From an uncultured Solirubrobacteraceae bacterium (GTDB lineage: Bacteria; Actinomycetota; Thermoleophilia; Solirubrobacterales; Solirubrobacteraceae), in the NCBI GenBank assembly GCA_963702225.1, contig CAVPBY010000085.1, positions 6,663 through 70,662 on the forward strand: 64,000 nt of DNA. Reading direction: 5' to 3'. Made by a program: the position numbers and the translations under genes. Positions 12,479 through 23,005 of the stretch are shown piece after piece. Numbering within the stretch: the stretch's first letter is position 1; every line of letters begins with the position of its first letter. The notes below the pieces were generated by a model. That model was given only the letters and a program-made list of their open reading frames with translations, was not told the DNA's origin and did not search any database.

Positions 12479-12523
12479 AAACACCTCAAAACGGGTCGGG
12501 ATTCCAATACTTCAGGGAGTGTA
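12479..12523 (-). promoter_or_regulatory. moeB operon promoter: -10 TACACT plus a possible operator
   Basis: TACACT at 12523-12518 (minus), followed by the AT-richer imperfect palindrome AATCCCGAC-N7-GAGGTGTTT. Confidence 0.35.
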
Positions 12524-12575
12524 GCGCCGGGGCGATGGCGTTCGTGGCGGACGTGCGAGGTCTAGCATCGCCGCC

Positions 12576-13375
12576 GTGACCCGCCCGCCGAGCGACGATA
12601 TCGAGGCGCCGCGCTTCCCCCGGATGGCGGTGTGGGTGAACGCGACGCGGCTGCGGATGGAGGAGCAGCGGGGCCACCCGGTACTCGTCGAGTTCTGGGA
12701 CTTCTGCCGGCCCAACTCGATCCGCACCCTGCCCTACCTCACCGCCTGGCACGAGCGCTACCACGAGGCCGGCCTGGTCGTGATCGGCGTGCACTCGGCC
12801 GGCTTCGCGCCGGGCTCCGCCGCCGCGCGCGGTCGAGCACGCCGTCGCGCGCCTCGGGATCGAGTATCCCGTGTTCATCGACTCCGCGCTCGAGGTCTGG
12901 CAGGAGTACGACAACCTCGGCTGGCCGGCCCGCTACCTGTTCGGTCCCGACGGCATGCTCTACGAGTACCACTTCGGCGAGGGTGCCTACGCCGAGACCG
13001 AGCGGGCGATCCAGGAGCTGCTCGGGCGTCGAGCGCGCCGCGCTCGCGCCGGTCCGGCCCGAGGACGCGCCCGACGCGGTGCTCGCGCGTCCAGAGCGAC
13101 GACGTCGCCGGCCCCTACAGCGGCCCGTACGAGGCCGGCGAGGTGTGGGCGGTGCTCGAGCCGCGCGACGGCGCGCCGGCGGATGAGCGCGTCGTGCGGG
13201 CGGACGGGCGGGCCGACGACGGCACGTCCGCGGGCTCGGCCGAGCTGACCGTCGAGCATCCCGGCGCCTACCGGCTGCTCGCCCACGAGGCCTCACCGCC
13301 GGCGAGCTGTCGCTGGAGGTCGGCGACGGGGTCGTCTGCCACGCGGTCTGCTTCACGCCGGGGCTCGCCCGCTGA
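12576..13375 (+). CDS. DipZ-like thioredoxin-fold (redoxin) protein, frameshifted
   Basis: PVLVEFWDFCRPNSIRTLPYL, GLVVIGVHS, WPARYL and HFGEGAYAETERAIQELL. Confidence 0.8.
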
Positions 13376-13433
13376 GGCGGGGAGGCGAGGGACCGGGGCC
13401 GGGCTGCCGGGGCCGGGCTGCCCGGGCCGGTGC

Positions 13434-13661
13434 CCGAAACGTGCCACTCGGCGGACGATCGCGCGGTGCGTGGCACCTTTGCCGCGCTCACGGGGGCAAA
13501 CCGCACAACCGTGTCCGGGACCCAGGGCGGTTGTCAGGTTTCAGCGGTCCGGCCCAAACGTCACGCCCGTCACCGCGAGCGCTGCCGGTGGCACCGAACG
13601 GCCCCGGGAGGCCCCAACGCCACGCGCGCCCGCCCCGCGCGCGACCGTCGTGACATTTCGG
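13434..13661. repeat. Degenerate array of ~60-bp palindromic units (REP-like)
   Basis: (A)AAC-led units start near 13434, 13496, 13553 and 13613. Inverted arms: GTGCCAC/GTGGCAC, ACAACCG/CGGTTGT and AAACGTCACG/CGTGACATTT. Confidence 0.45.
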
Positions 13662-13667
13662 CCCGGG

Positions 13668-13758
13668 CGCCGGGCGCCGGACGCCGGACGCCGGACGCCG
13701 GACGCCGGACGCCGGACGCCGGACGCCGGACGCCGGGCGCCGGACGCCGGGCGCCGAG
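13668..13758. repeat. 7-bp tandem repeat (CGCCGG[A/G]) x13
   Basis: Counted directly; the last unit is imperfect. It ends 2 bp from the metallophosphoesterase stop. Confidence 0.95.
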
Positions 13759-13760
13759 CG

Positions 13761-14893
13761 TCAGTCGAGGACGTTGACGAGCTCGGGTTGCCTGCCCGGC
13801 TCGGCGTCGGCGTCGGGCGTCAGCCAGACCGCCCAGCCGGGCCGGTACGGGCTGTGCGTCGGGGCGCCACCGAGCAGGCCGCGCTCGCGCACCCAGCAGC
13901 CCGGGTTGACCAGCCGGCCGCCGCCAGGCGCCGTCCACTCGCCCGCGGCGTCCCCGGGCAGCGGCCCGGCCCGGTGGGTGTGGCCGAACACGACCCACTC
14001 GGCGCCGACGCCCAGGCGCGCGAGCACCTCGCCGATCGCGACGAGCGGGCCGCGGCGCAGCGCGTCGCGGGAGAGCTCGGCGCGCAGCGGGCCGATGCCC
14101 GCGCGGTTGAGCAGCGCGATCGCGACCGGGAACGCCGCCCGCAGCGCGCGCCGGCGAGCCGGTCCACCGCGCCCGGCCAGCGCCGCCCAGGCCGCGTGAG
14201 ACCCAAGCCGGCCGCGCCCGTCGAGGCCGCCGCTGCCGCCGCTGCCACCGCGGCCACCGCGGCCACCGCGGCCGTGCTCGGCGAGCGCGTCGATCCACGC
14301 GACACGGGCGCGAGCGCCGCCTCGTAGTCCTCGGCCGAGCGCGGGTCGCGCGCGTCGGCCAGCCGCGCCATCGCGCCGGCGCCTATCCGCTCGAGCATCG
14401 GCACCGTGGTGTGGCGGTCGGCGTAATGGCCGTGGGTCGCCCAGACGCGCTCCCCGAGCCACGTCCCGGGGTACCGCACCCGCACGCGCGCCCCGCCCCC
14501 GCCCCCGTCGCCGCCGAGCGCCGCGGCCACCGCGGCGAGCGGATCGCCCGGGCCCACCGCGACCTCGGAATCGACGCCGAGCGCCGCCGACCGGTCGCGC
14601 CGGCGCAGCCACGGCTCCACCAGCCGGTGGTCGTGGTTGCCGGCGAGCAGCACGATCTCGGCCGCCGGCTCCCGGCCCGCCAGCGCGGATCCGATCGCCT
14701 CGAGCGCCGGGCGAGCGTCGTCGAGCACGTCACGCAGCGGGCGCTCGCGCAGCTCGAGCACGTCGCCGAGCAGCACGAGCCGCCCGGCGCCGGCGGTGGT
14801 CTCGCAGAGCGCGCGCAGACAGCCGGGGTCCCGCAGGACGGGCGTGTCGCCGCGGGCGCCGAGGTGCAGGTCGGAGACGAGGAGCGTGCGCAG
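13761..14893 (-). CDS. Calcineurin-like metallophosphoesterase, frameshifted
   Basis: VSDLHLG, LGDVLE, AGNHDH, THGH, FGHTHR and NPGCW. Start codon uncertain. Confidence 0.88.
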
Positions 14894-14900
14894 AGGCGCG

Positions 14901-15854
14901 TCAGGCGGCGCCGCCATCGCCTGGCGGATCGTCTTCGGGAGATGAAGCGCACGTCCTCGGAGACGACCTCGAGCTCGCGGACGTCGGTGGTGCCGCGCGA
15001 GCGGAACAGGTCGACGACGCGCTGCACGAGCTCCTCGGGCGCGCTCGCCCCCGAGGTGATCCCCATCGTGCGCACGCCGTCCAGCCACGCCTCGTCGATC
15101 TGGGTCTCGTTGTCGATCAGGTGCGCGGCGGCGCCGTACTCACGCGCGACCTCGACCAGCCGGTTGGAGTTCGACGAGTTGCGCGAGCCGATCACGAGCA
15201 CGAGGTCGACCGCCTGCGCGAGCTCCTTGACGGCGGTTGCCGGTTGGTCGTCGCGTAGCAGATGTCGTCGGTGCGAGGCCCGACGATCGCCGGGAACCGC
15301 TCGCGCAGGCGCGCGATGATCGTGCGCGTCTCGTCGACCGACAGCGTCGTCTGGGAGATGTAGGCGATGCGCCCGGGGTCCTCGACCTGTAGCGCCTCGA
15401 CGCCCGCCTCGTCCTCGACGAGCACGATCGCTCGGGCACCTCCCCATCGTGCCCTCGACCTCCTCGTGGCCGGCGTGGCCGATCAGAACGATCGTGTAGC
15501 CCTGGGCGGCGAACTTCTTGGCCTCGACGTGGACCTTGGTGACGAGCGGGCAGGTCGCGTCGATCGTCCGCAGCGCCGCTGTGCCGCCGCGGCGTGCACG
15601 CCGGGCGAGACGCCGTGCGCGGAGAAGACGACGGTCGCCCCCTCGGGGACCTCGGTCTCGGTTTCGACGAAGATCGCCCCCTGCTTGCGCAGCTCGGCGA
15701 CGACGTGCTTGTTGTGGACGATCTCCTTGCGCACGTAGACGGGCGCGCCGTAGAGCTCGAGCGCCCGCTCCACGGTGATCACGGCGCGATCGACGCCCGC
15801 GCAGTAGCCGCGGGGCGACGCGAGCAGGATCGTCTCTGGGTAGGCGTGCTCCAT
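14901..15854 (-). CDS. ispH: 4-hydroxy-3-methylbut-2-enyl diphosphate reductase, frameshifted
   Basis: [59 protein letters not shown] and [10 protein letters not shown]. Confidence 0.96.
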
Positions 15855-15903
15855 CCGCTCCCTGAGTTAGGACCGCCGCGCCCGCGCCGAGACGGTTCAC
15901 GGG

Positions 15904-17205
15904 TCAGTCGTTGGCGGTGATCGCCTCCAGCGTGTCCGCGAACTGGCGGCGGGCCGCCTCGCGCCGGGCCGGGATGAACTCGCTGGGCACGCCGTCGGCC
16001 GGCGCCCGGAAGCCGCGCAGCACCTGGCGGGCGACCGACGCGCGATGCACCTCGTCAGGACCGTCGTAGATCCGTGCGGCGCGGGCGAAGCGGTACATCG
16101 CCTCCAGCGGCAGGTCGCAGGAGTAGCCGAGGCCGCCGTGGGCCTGCAGCGCGCGGTCGATCACGTCGTGGAGCACCTTGGCCCCGTAGAACTTGATCAG
16201 CGCGATCTCCTTGCGGGCCGCGGCCACCCCCTCGGTGTCCATCCGCCAGGCCGCGTGCAGCGTCATCAGCCGCGCCGCGGTCATCTCCGCCTCCGAGTCC
16301 GCGATCCAGTTCTGGACGGTCTGATGCTCGGAGAGCGTGCCGCCATGGGACTCGCGATACAGCGAGCGCTCGCACATCATGTCGAACGCGCGGCGGGCGA
16401 CCCCCAGCCAGCGCATGCAGTGGTGGATGCGGCCGGGACCGAGCCGCTGCTGGGCCATCAGGAAGCCGCCGCCCTCGGCGCCGAGCAACGCCTCGGGCCC
16501 GACGCGCACGGACGTGTAGCGGATCTCGGCGTGGTTGCCGTAGCGGCCGAAGCTCTCGTAGGGGTGCTCCATCGTCGCCACGTCGCGCACGACCTCCACG
16601 CCGGGCGTGTCGGCGTCGACGATGAACATCGAGGCGCGCTGATGGGAGCGGGCGCCGGGGTCGGTGACCGCCATCACGATCAGGAAGTCCGCGATCGAGC
16701 CGTTGGTCGTGAACCACTTGTGCCCGTCGATCACCCAGCCGTCTCCGTCCCTCACCGCACGAGTGCGCAGCAGCGTCGGATCCGAGCCGGCGGTCTCCGG
16801 CTCGGTCATCGAGAACCCCGACTTCAGATCGCCGGCGAGCAGCGGGTGCAGGTAGCGGTCCTTCTGCTCCGGGGTCCCGGCGAGCGCGAGGATCTCCGAG
16901 TTGCCCGAGTCGGGGGCGGCGTTGCCGAACACGAGCGGCGCGATCGGCGAGGACCCGAGGATCTCGTGCATCAGCCCGAGCTTGACCTGGCCGAACCCCT
17001 GTCCGCCGAGCCCGGGATCGAGGTGCGCGGCCCACAGCCCGCGCGCACGGACCTGGTCCTGCAGCGGCGCCGCGGCACGGCGCAGGTTCTCCCAGCCGAG
17101 CTCCGGATAGAGCGTCTCCAGCGGCCAGATCCGCTCGCGCACGAACGCCCGCATCCACTCAAGCTGCGCCTCGAACTCCGGCTCGGTCGCGAAGTCCCAC
17201 GCCAT
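15904..17205 (-). CDS. Acyl-CoA dehydrogenase
   Basis: MAWDFATEPEF..., APDSGNSEIL, FSMTEP, GHKWF, AQQRLGPGRIHHCMR and RIYDGPDEVH. Confidence 0.95.
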   Translation of the reverse strand: MAWDFATEPEFEAQLEWMRAFVRERIWPLETLYPELGWENLRRAAAPLQDQVRARGLWAAHLDPGLGGQGFGQVKLGLMHEILGSSPIAPLVFGNAAPDSGNSEILALAGTPEQKDRYLHPLLAGDLKSGFSMTEPETAGSDPTLLRTRAVRDGDGWVIDGHKWFTTNGSIADFLIVMAVTDPGARSHQRASMFIVDADTPGVEVVRDVATMEHPYESFGRYGNHAEIRYTSVRVGPEALLGAEGGGFLMAQQRLGPGRIHHCMRWLGVARRAFDMMCERSLYRESHGGTLSEHQTVQNWIADSEAEMTAARLMTLHAAWRMDTEGVAAARKEIALIKFYGAKVLHDVIDRALQAHGGLGYSCDLPLEAMYRFARAARIYDGPDEVHRASVARQVLRGFRAPADGVPSEFIPARREAARRQFADTLEAITAND

Positions 17206-17261
17206 CGGATCGCAGGTTATACCTTGACCACCAGCGCACACCTCGTCGAGGAAGAGCCTTC

Positions 17262-18867
17262 GTGCAGTCCCATCTCGACCGCCTGACGTCCATCGACGCG
17301 TCCTTCCTGCACCAGGAGGGTCCCTCCTCGCACATGCACATCGGCGGGGTGCTGCGTGTTCGACGGCCCGCCGCCGCCGTTCGAGGACTATCTCGATCAC
17401 GTGCGCGGGCGGCTGCACCTCGTCCCCCGCTACCGCCAGAAGCTCGCCACGCCGCCGCTGCAGGCCGGGCGGCCGCTGTGGGTCGACGACCCCGACTTCC
17501 ACCTCGAGTACCACGTCCGTCACACCGCGCTGCCGGCGCCGGGCTCGGAGGAGCAGCTCATGCTGCTCGTCTCCCGCGTCGCCTCCCAGCGACTGGACCG
17601 CTCCAAGCCGCTGTGGGAGATGTGGCTGGTCGAGGGGCTGTCGGAGCGACCGCTTCGCGGTCATCTCCAAGACCCACCACGCGCTCGTCGACGGGATCTC
17701 GGGCGTCGACCTGGCGACCGTGCTGTTCGACCTCTCCGCCGACGGATCGCCGCCTCGGCCGACGACCTCGAGCCCTGGTCCCCTCACCGCGAGCCGTCGG
17801 GGGCGGACCTGGTGCTCGCGGGCGCCCGCGGGGTGGTGCGGACGGCGGTCGGCCTCACCGCCCGCACGCTGGGGCGCCGCCGCGCGCCCCGGGAGGCTCG
17901 GTCGACGGTGCTGCGCGACGCGGCCGAAGGGTTGGGCGAGCTCATGTGGGCCGCGCTCAACCCCGCGCCCGAGACGCCGCTCAACGTCGAGATCGGCCCG
18001 CACCGCCGCTACGTCGCGGTCCGCCAGCGCCTCGCCGACTACAAGGAGATCAAGAACGCGCTCGGGGGGCACGGTCAACGACGTCGTGCTCACCGTGGTG
18101 AGCGGCGCGCTCGCGGGCTGGCTGCGCTCACGCGGCGTGCAGACGCGGGGCCTGGAGATGCGGGCGCTCATCCCGGTCTCGGTGCGGGGCGCCGAACACC
18201 GCGGCGCGCTCGGCAACCAGCTGACGGTGGTGCGCGGCCCGCTGCCCGTGTACATCGACGACCCGGTGACCCGGCTGCGGTTCGTGCGCCACGCGATGGA
18301 CGGGCTCAAGGAGTCCAAGCAGGCGGTCGGCGCGGCGACGCTCACCGCCATGAACGACCTCGCGCCGCCGACGATCCTCGCCCAGGCGAGCCGCCTGAAC
18401 TTCTCGACCCGGCTGTTCAACCTGCTCGTCACGAACGTTCCCGGACCGCAGGCGCCGCTGTATGTGCTCGGACGCGAGCTGCGGGACCTGTTCCCGGTCG
18501 CGTTCCTGCCCTCCAACCACGCGCTCGCGGTCGCGATGATGTCCTACAACGGCTCGCTCGACTTCGGTCTGCTCGCCGACTACGACGCGCTGCCCGACGT
18601 CGCGGAGTCGCCGAGGGGATCGACCGGGCGCTCGCCGAGCTGCTCGCCGCCGCGCGCGGCACCGGCGTGGAGGAGGTCGAATGGTCGGGCTCGACCGGCG
18701 ACATCACGGTCGGCGCCGACCCGGAGATCCGGCCGATCGTGCCGGCCGCGCGCTCGCGCACGCGCTCCGGGCCCGCCGCGGACATGCGTGCCGGCAAGCG
18801 GACCAACGGCCGCGGGCGCTCACCGGGTCGCGCGGCCGGGCGCGACCGCCGGACCGGCCGGGACTAG
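17262..18867 (+). CDS. Wax ester synthase/diacylglycerol acyltransferase (WS/DGAT), frameshifted
   Basis: DRLTSIDASFL, LDRSKPLWEMWLVEGL, catalytic HHALVDG, GTVNDVVL and TNVPGPQ. Confidence 0.93.
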
Positions 18868-18879
18868 CGGACGCCGGAT

Positions 18880-19176
18880 CTAGAACCCGAGCGCGAACTT
18901 CGCGTCGTCGCTCATCAGCTCGGGCGTCCACGGCGGCGAGAACGTCATCGTCGAGTTGACCGACTCGACGCCCTCGACATCGGAGACGAACTCCTCGATC
19001 TGCTCGGCGACCTGGGGGCCGATCGGGCAGCCGGGGCTGGTGAGCGTGTAGGTCACGTTGACCGCGGGTCCGTCGACCGTGACCTCGTAGATCAGGCCGA
19101 GCTCGACGAAGTCGAGTCCGAGCTCCGGGTCGATCACGTCGCGCAGGGCGTCGGTGACCTCGTCAACGGTTGCCAT
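18880..19176 (-). CDS. SufT/PaaD (DUF59) metal-sulfur cluster assembly factor
   Basis: VIDPELGLDFVELGLIY, TLTSPGCP and PPWTPELMS. Confidence 0.93.
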   Translation of the reverse strand: MATVDEVTDALRDVIDPELGLDFVELGLIYEVTVDGPAVNVTYTLTSPGCPIGPQVAEQIEEFVSDVEGVESVNSTMTFSPPWTPELMSDDAKFALGF

Positions 19177-19274
19177 GGCGAGGAGTGTAGTGCGGCGAAC
19201 GCGGCCTCGGATCCGCGCATACGAATGCAGTCTCATTATCCGGGGGCTTGCGCCAGGTCGGCCACTTTGAGTAG

Positions 19275-19625
19275 GTTTCCCAGATCGTCGACTTCACCGA
19301 GACACCGCCCGTCCTGCGCTGCGCCGGCGACGAGGACCGCAGTACGCAGGGAGTTCGGCGGAGAGCGCTCGCACGGGCGCTGCGCTCACAGACCGATGTG
19401 ATCGTCGACCTCACCGAGCTGTGCTTCGCGGACATCTCGCTGATGCTCGACCTCGCGCTGCTCGCGCGACGGCTGCGCCACGGCGGGCAGGCGATCCTGC
19501 TGCGCGGCGCGCAGCCTCAGATCCGCACGCTGATCGAGTCCGTCGGGATCAACCGGCTGCCCGGCGTCGTGCTCGACGCGCCCAGGCGCGCCGTGCTGGA
19601 TCCGTCCAAGCGCGTCATCGCCTGA
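19275..19625 (+). CDS. STAS-domain protein (anti-anti-sigma-like); start uncertain
   Basis: Frame is open from 19275: ...VLRCAGDED...VIVDLTELCFADISLM...LRGAQPQIRTLIESVG. Confidence 0.7.
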   Translation, partial: VSQIVDFTETPPVLRCAGDEDRSTQGVRRRALARALRSQTDVIVDLTELCFADISLMLDLALLARRLRHGGQAILLRGAQPQIRTLIESVGINRLPGVVLDAPRRAVLDPSKRVIA

Positions 19626-19712
19626 GCCCCGCCCGTCGGACGCGCTGTCCGTCCGGACCGGGCCGTACCGTTTCGCGCGAATCCGGATCCCTGACGCCCC
19701 CGGAGCCCGCAC

Positions 19713-20168
19713 ATGTCCCTCTGTTTCATCGAACCGCAGAACGCCATTCGAGTGATCGCCGACTCGGTGGGCCGAGAGGCGCGCCGGCAGATCCTCGGCG
19801 AGGTCGTGCGCGCGTGGGTGGACGAGATCCCGGAGACGGAGCTGGACTCCCACTATGCCAAGGCGGTCGCGGACCTCGACGAGCACGACCTGTCGCTGCT
19901 CGCCGCCTGGCACGTCTCGCTGGAGGTCGGCCACCCGCTGCCGAGCAAGGAGTTCCTGGTCAACGTCTTCCCCTCGCTCGGCGAGAACCGGCGTGAGGCC
20001 CTCAAGATCGCCGCCGGCTTCCGCGGCGAGGAGGCGTTCGAGGCGGGCGTCGGCGAGGAGCAGGCGTTCGACACCGTGCTGCCGTGGCTCTCCGACGCGC
20101 GCTGCGCGGCGCTGGCCGAGGAGTGTCTCGAGCTGTACTGCTGGGACCGGCTCGGCGTCGAGAACTGA
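19713..20168 (+). CDS. Hypothetical acidic protein
   Basis: Intact 151-aa ORF with GC3-biased codons. No family recognised. Confidence 0.7.
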   Translation: MSLCFIEPQNAIRVIADSVGREARRQILGEVVRAWVDEIPETELDSHYAKAVADLDEHDLSLLAAWHVSLEVGHPLPSKEFLVNVFPSLGENRREALKIAAGFRGEEAFEAGVGEEQAFDTVLPWLSDARCAALAEECLELYCWDRLGVEN

Positions 20169-20178
20169 CTCCACGCCG

Positions 20179-20733
20179 GTGAGCGAACCGCCGGCTGTCT
20201 GCGCGGCCTCGGCGATCATCCTGCCCGTGGTAGCCGCGGAACCGCTCGTGTCCGGGTGGCGACGGCGCCACGACCCGTCGGCGGCCGCGGGCGTGCCCGC
20301 CCACGTCACCGTGCTCGCTCCGTTCCTGGCGCCCGACCGGATCACCGAGGCGGTCCTGGGAGAGCTGCGCGCGCTCTTCGCGACGCGGGCGGCGCCGCGG
20401 GTCCGGTTCCTGCGCACCGGCCGCTTCCCGGCGGCCGCGGGCGTACCCGGGGTCCTGTACCTCGACCCCGAGCCGGCCGACGGGCCGCGCGCGCTCACCG
20501 AGGCGGTCGTCGCCCGTTGGCCCGAGGCGCCCCCGTACGGCGGTAGCCACGCGGCGATCGTCCCCCACCTCACGGTCGCGATCGCCGACGAGCCGACGCT
20601 CGACGCGGTCGAGCGGGAGTTATCCGGTGGGCTCGGCGACGGGTTCGCGGCGACGCTCGCCGAGGCGGTCGTCTACGTCCACGCCGGCGGTCACTGGCGG
20701 GCGGTCGCCTCGCTGCCGCTCGGCGCTGCCTGA
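20179..20733 (+). CDS. 2H phosphoesterase (2'-5' RNA ligase family)
   Basis: Two HxT motifs (PAHVTV, PHLTV) and PPYGG. Confidence 0.88.
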   Translation: MSEPPAVCAASAIILPVVAAEPLVSGWRRRHDPSAAAGVPAHVTVLAPFLAPDRITEAVLGELRALFATRAAPRVRFLRTGRFPAAAGVPGVLYLDPEPADGPRALTEAVVARWPEAPPYGGSHAAIVPHLTVAIADEPTLDAVERELSGGLGDGFAATLAEAVVYVHAGGHWRAVASLPLGAA

Positions 20734-20786
20734 CCGCCGCGCCGCCATGTGCGGCCTTTCGTACAGGCCCGCCCCGCCGGCGGCCG

Positions 20787-22360
20787 TCAGCGGCGACGGA
20801 AGCTCACGAGCGCGGCGCTGCCGCCCGCCACCCGGACCACGACCGTGCGCCCACCGCCCGACGGCGCGCGCGCCGTCCGCGGAGCGCCAAGCGCACCGGT
20901 GTGCGTCACGGCGCCGTACGTCCGCCCGCCGAGCCGCACGCCCCCGCGGGCGGCGACCGACGGGGCGGTGAGCCGCTCGACGGTCGCGTCGCGGCCGTCG
21001 AGCCCCGCCGGGACGGCGATCCGGACGGTGCGGGCCCGCCGCGGGTCCTTGTCGATCAGCACGAGCCGCTCGGAGCCGTCGCGCGACCGCGTCGCCCAGG
21101 CGCTGAGCGACACCCCGTGGCCCGTCCCCCGCACCGCCATCAGCCGTGAGCCGGCGGGCGCCGCCTCGGCGAACAGCCGCAGCCCGTAGTACTCGGGCTC
21201 CACGTGCGCCCGCCAGCGCCCGCCCACCCGTGCGAGCGTGAACGGCTCGTAGGCGGCGCCCGGCAGCGTGTGCAGGTTGACGCCGCCGACGCCGACCGAG
21301 GCGAGCGAGAACAGCGCGTCGGTCGCCCACAGCGCACTCGCGAACGTGTCGCTCACCCCGGCCCTGCCGCGGCAGGCGACCGACCCGAGCTCGTCGACGC
21401 GCACGGCGCGGCCCTGCGCACGGGCGATCCGGATCCACACCTCCACCCCGCGGGCCAGGCCGGCCGTCGAGTACTCCGACAGCAGATGCGCGATCGTCGG
21501 CACCTGCGGCGAGTGATGGGCGACGAAGCAGTTCTTCAGCGGGTAGCGGTGGACGGTGAGCTGGGCGACGGCGGGCTCTGACTGCAGGAACGCGGCCATC
21601 GCCGTCTTCCAGACCCCGGCGGTGGCTGGGTTCTGGTCGGCGGCGAGCGCCGGGCCGGCGAGCGGCGACGACGGCCGCGCGCCCCCCAGCGCCGTCACCA
21701 CCGCCGCCACCTCCCGCCGGTAGCGAGCGGGGTCATAGCCGCGGGCGCGCGCCTTCACCTTCGCGCCGTCGCCGAGCGTCCACTCCGGGATCGTCGCGTA
21801 CAGGTTCGGCTCGTTGCCGATCTCCAGCGCGTCGATCGACGAGCGGCCGAACGCGGCCGCGAACGCCCGCGCCTCGGCCGCGTCGAGCGCCGGCTCGCCG
21901 GCGGCCAGGTTGAGCCCGAGGATCATCCGCGCGTGCAGCTCGCGCGTGAGCGCGGCGGCGGTCGCGAGCCAGTTCGCGGTGAGCGGGTACGTGTAGCCGG
22001 AGAACCGCGGCCGGCCGACGCCCGGCGCGGGCACCCACGAGACGTCCGTGCTTTCCCCGCCGATCCTCAGCACCGGGCGCTGCCCGGGGTGAGGCCGCGG
22101 ATCAGCGCCACGAGCACCGGATCGACCGCGTGGGAATCCGTGCCCGCGTAGGCGGGGAGGGCCTGGAACTCCATCGAGAGCCCGAGGAACCCGGACGGGA
22201 TCGGCCGCCCCGCCGCGCCCAGGCGCAGCGTCGGGGTGCCGGGCGCGACGTGCACGACTCGCAGCGGGCGCTGCCGGTGCGCCGACCCGCAGCCCGCGGC
22301 GAGCAGCGCGCCGGCCGCGAGCAGCGCTCCCGCAAGGGCCCTACGGCCCCGCGCCGGCAT
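20787..22360 (-). CDS. GH79-like glycoside hydrolase lipoprotein, frameshifted
   Basis: Lipobox LAAGC, GFLGLSME, LRIGGESTD, EIGNEPNLY, VDELGS and GVSDTFASALW. Confidence 0.82.
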
Positions 22361-23002
22361 CTAGCCGTCGCCGTCGAGCGCGGCCTCGACGTCGGCGATC
22401 GCCTGCTCGGTCTGCTGAAACCACACCGCCCGCATCCCGAGCGCGGCCGCGGCCTCGCAGTTGATGTGCAGATCGTCGATGAACACCACCGACTCCGCCG
22501 CCACGCCGAGCGCGGCGAGCGTCGCCTCGTAGATGCGCGGATCGGGCTTGCGGATCCCGAGCTCGGAGGAGTCGACGACGACGTCGAACAGCTCGGCGAC
22601 CGGGATCATCGCCTGCCAGCGCGCCGACCACTCGCGGACGTTATTCGTGCAGATCGCCATCGGATGGCCGCGGTCACGCAGCGTGCGCATGAACGCGACG
22701 AACGGCGCGTTCGGCTCGAGCCCGGCGAACAGCGCCTCGCCGAACCCGTCGAGCGAGACCTCACGGCCGCGGGCGCGGGTGAGCTCCGCGTCGAGCTCGG
22801 CGAGGAACTCCGCCTCGCTCAGCCGGCCGGTCTCGAGCGCGTACAGCGGGTTCTCGCCGCGCGCGGCGCCGGCCGCCGCGGTCGCCGTTCCGAGCTCCTC
22901 GAGCGTGATCCCCGCACCCTCGGAGACCCGCGTCAATCCGGCCGCCAGCGGCGTCGTGAGCACGCCGCCGAAGTCGCTGATCACCGCCCGCGCACCCGCC
23001 AT
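22361..23002 (-). CDS. HAD-family phosphatase
   Basis: DFGGVLT, CTNN, RKPDPRIY and FIDD. Confidence 0.92.
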   Translation of the reverse strand: MAGARAVISDFGGVLTTPLAAGLTRVSEGAGITLEELGTATAAAGAARGENPLYALETGRLSEAEFLAELDAELTRARGREVSLDGFGEALFAGLEPNAPFVAFMRTLRDRGHPMAICTNNVREWSARWQAMIPVAELFDVVVDSSELGIRKPDPRIYEATLAALGVAAESVVFIDDLHINCEAAAALGMRAVWFQQTEQAIADVEAALDGDG

Positions 23003-23005
23003 CTT

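Noticed and set aside
13434-13758. CRISPR array (also considered for 33456-33532 and 48670-48785)
   Set aside because: No identical repeats separated by unique spacers of constant length, and no cas genes.
14228-14275. 9-bp repeats inside the metallophosphoesterase gene
   Set aside because: An in-frame low-complexity Gly/Arg/Ser linker with no further signal.
13761-15854. Apparent in-frame IspH-metallophosphoesterase fusion
   Set aside because: One added base would end ispH at the TGA at 14903-14901 (...IRQAMAAAA*). Given the local indel rate, an artefact is likelier. Reads would settle it.
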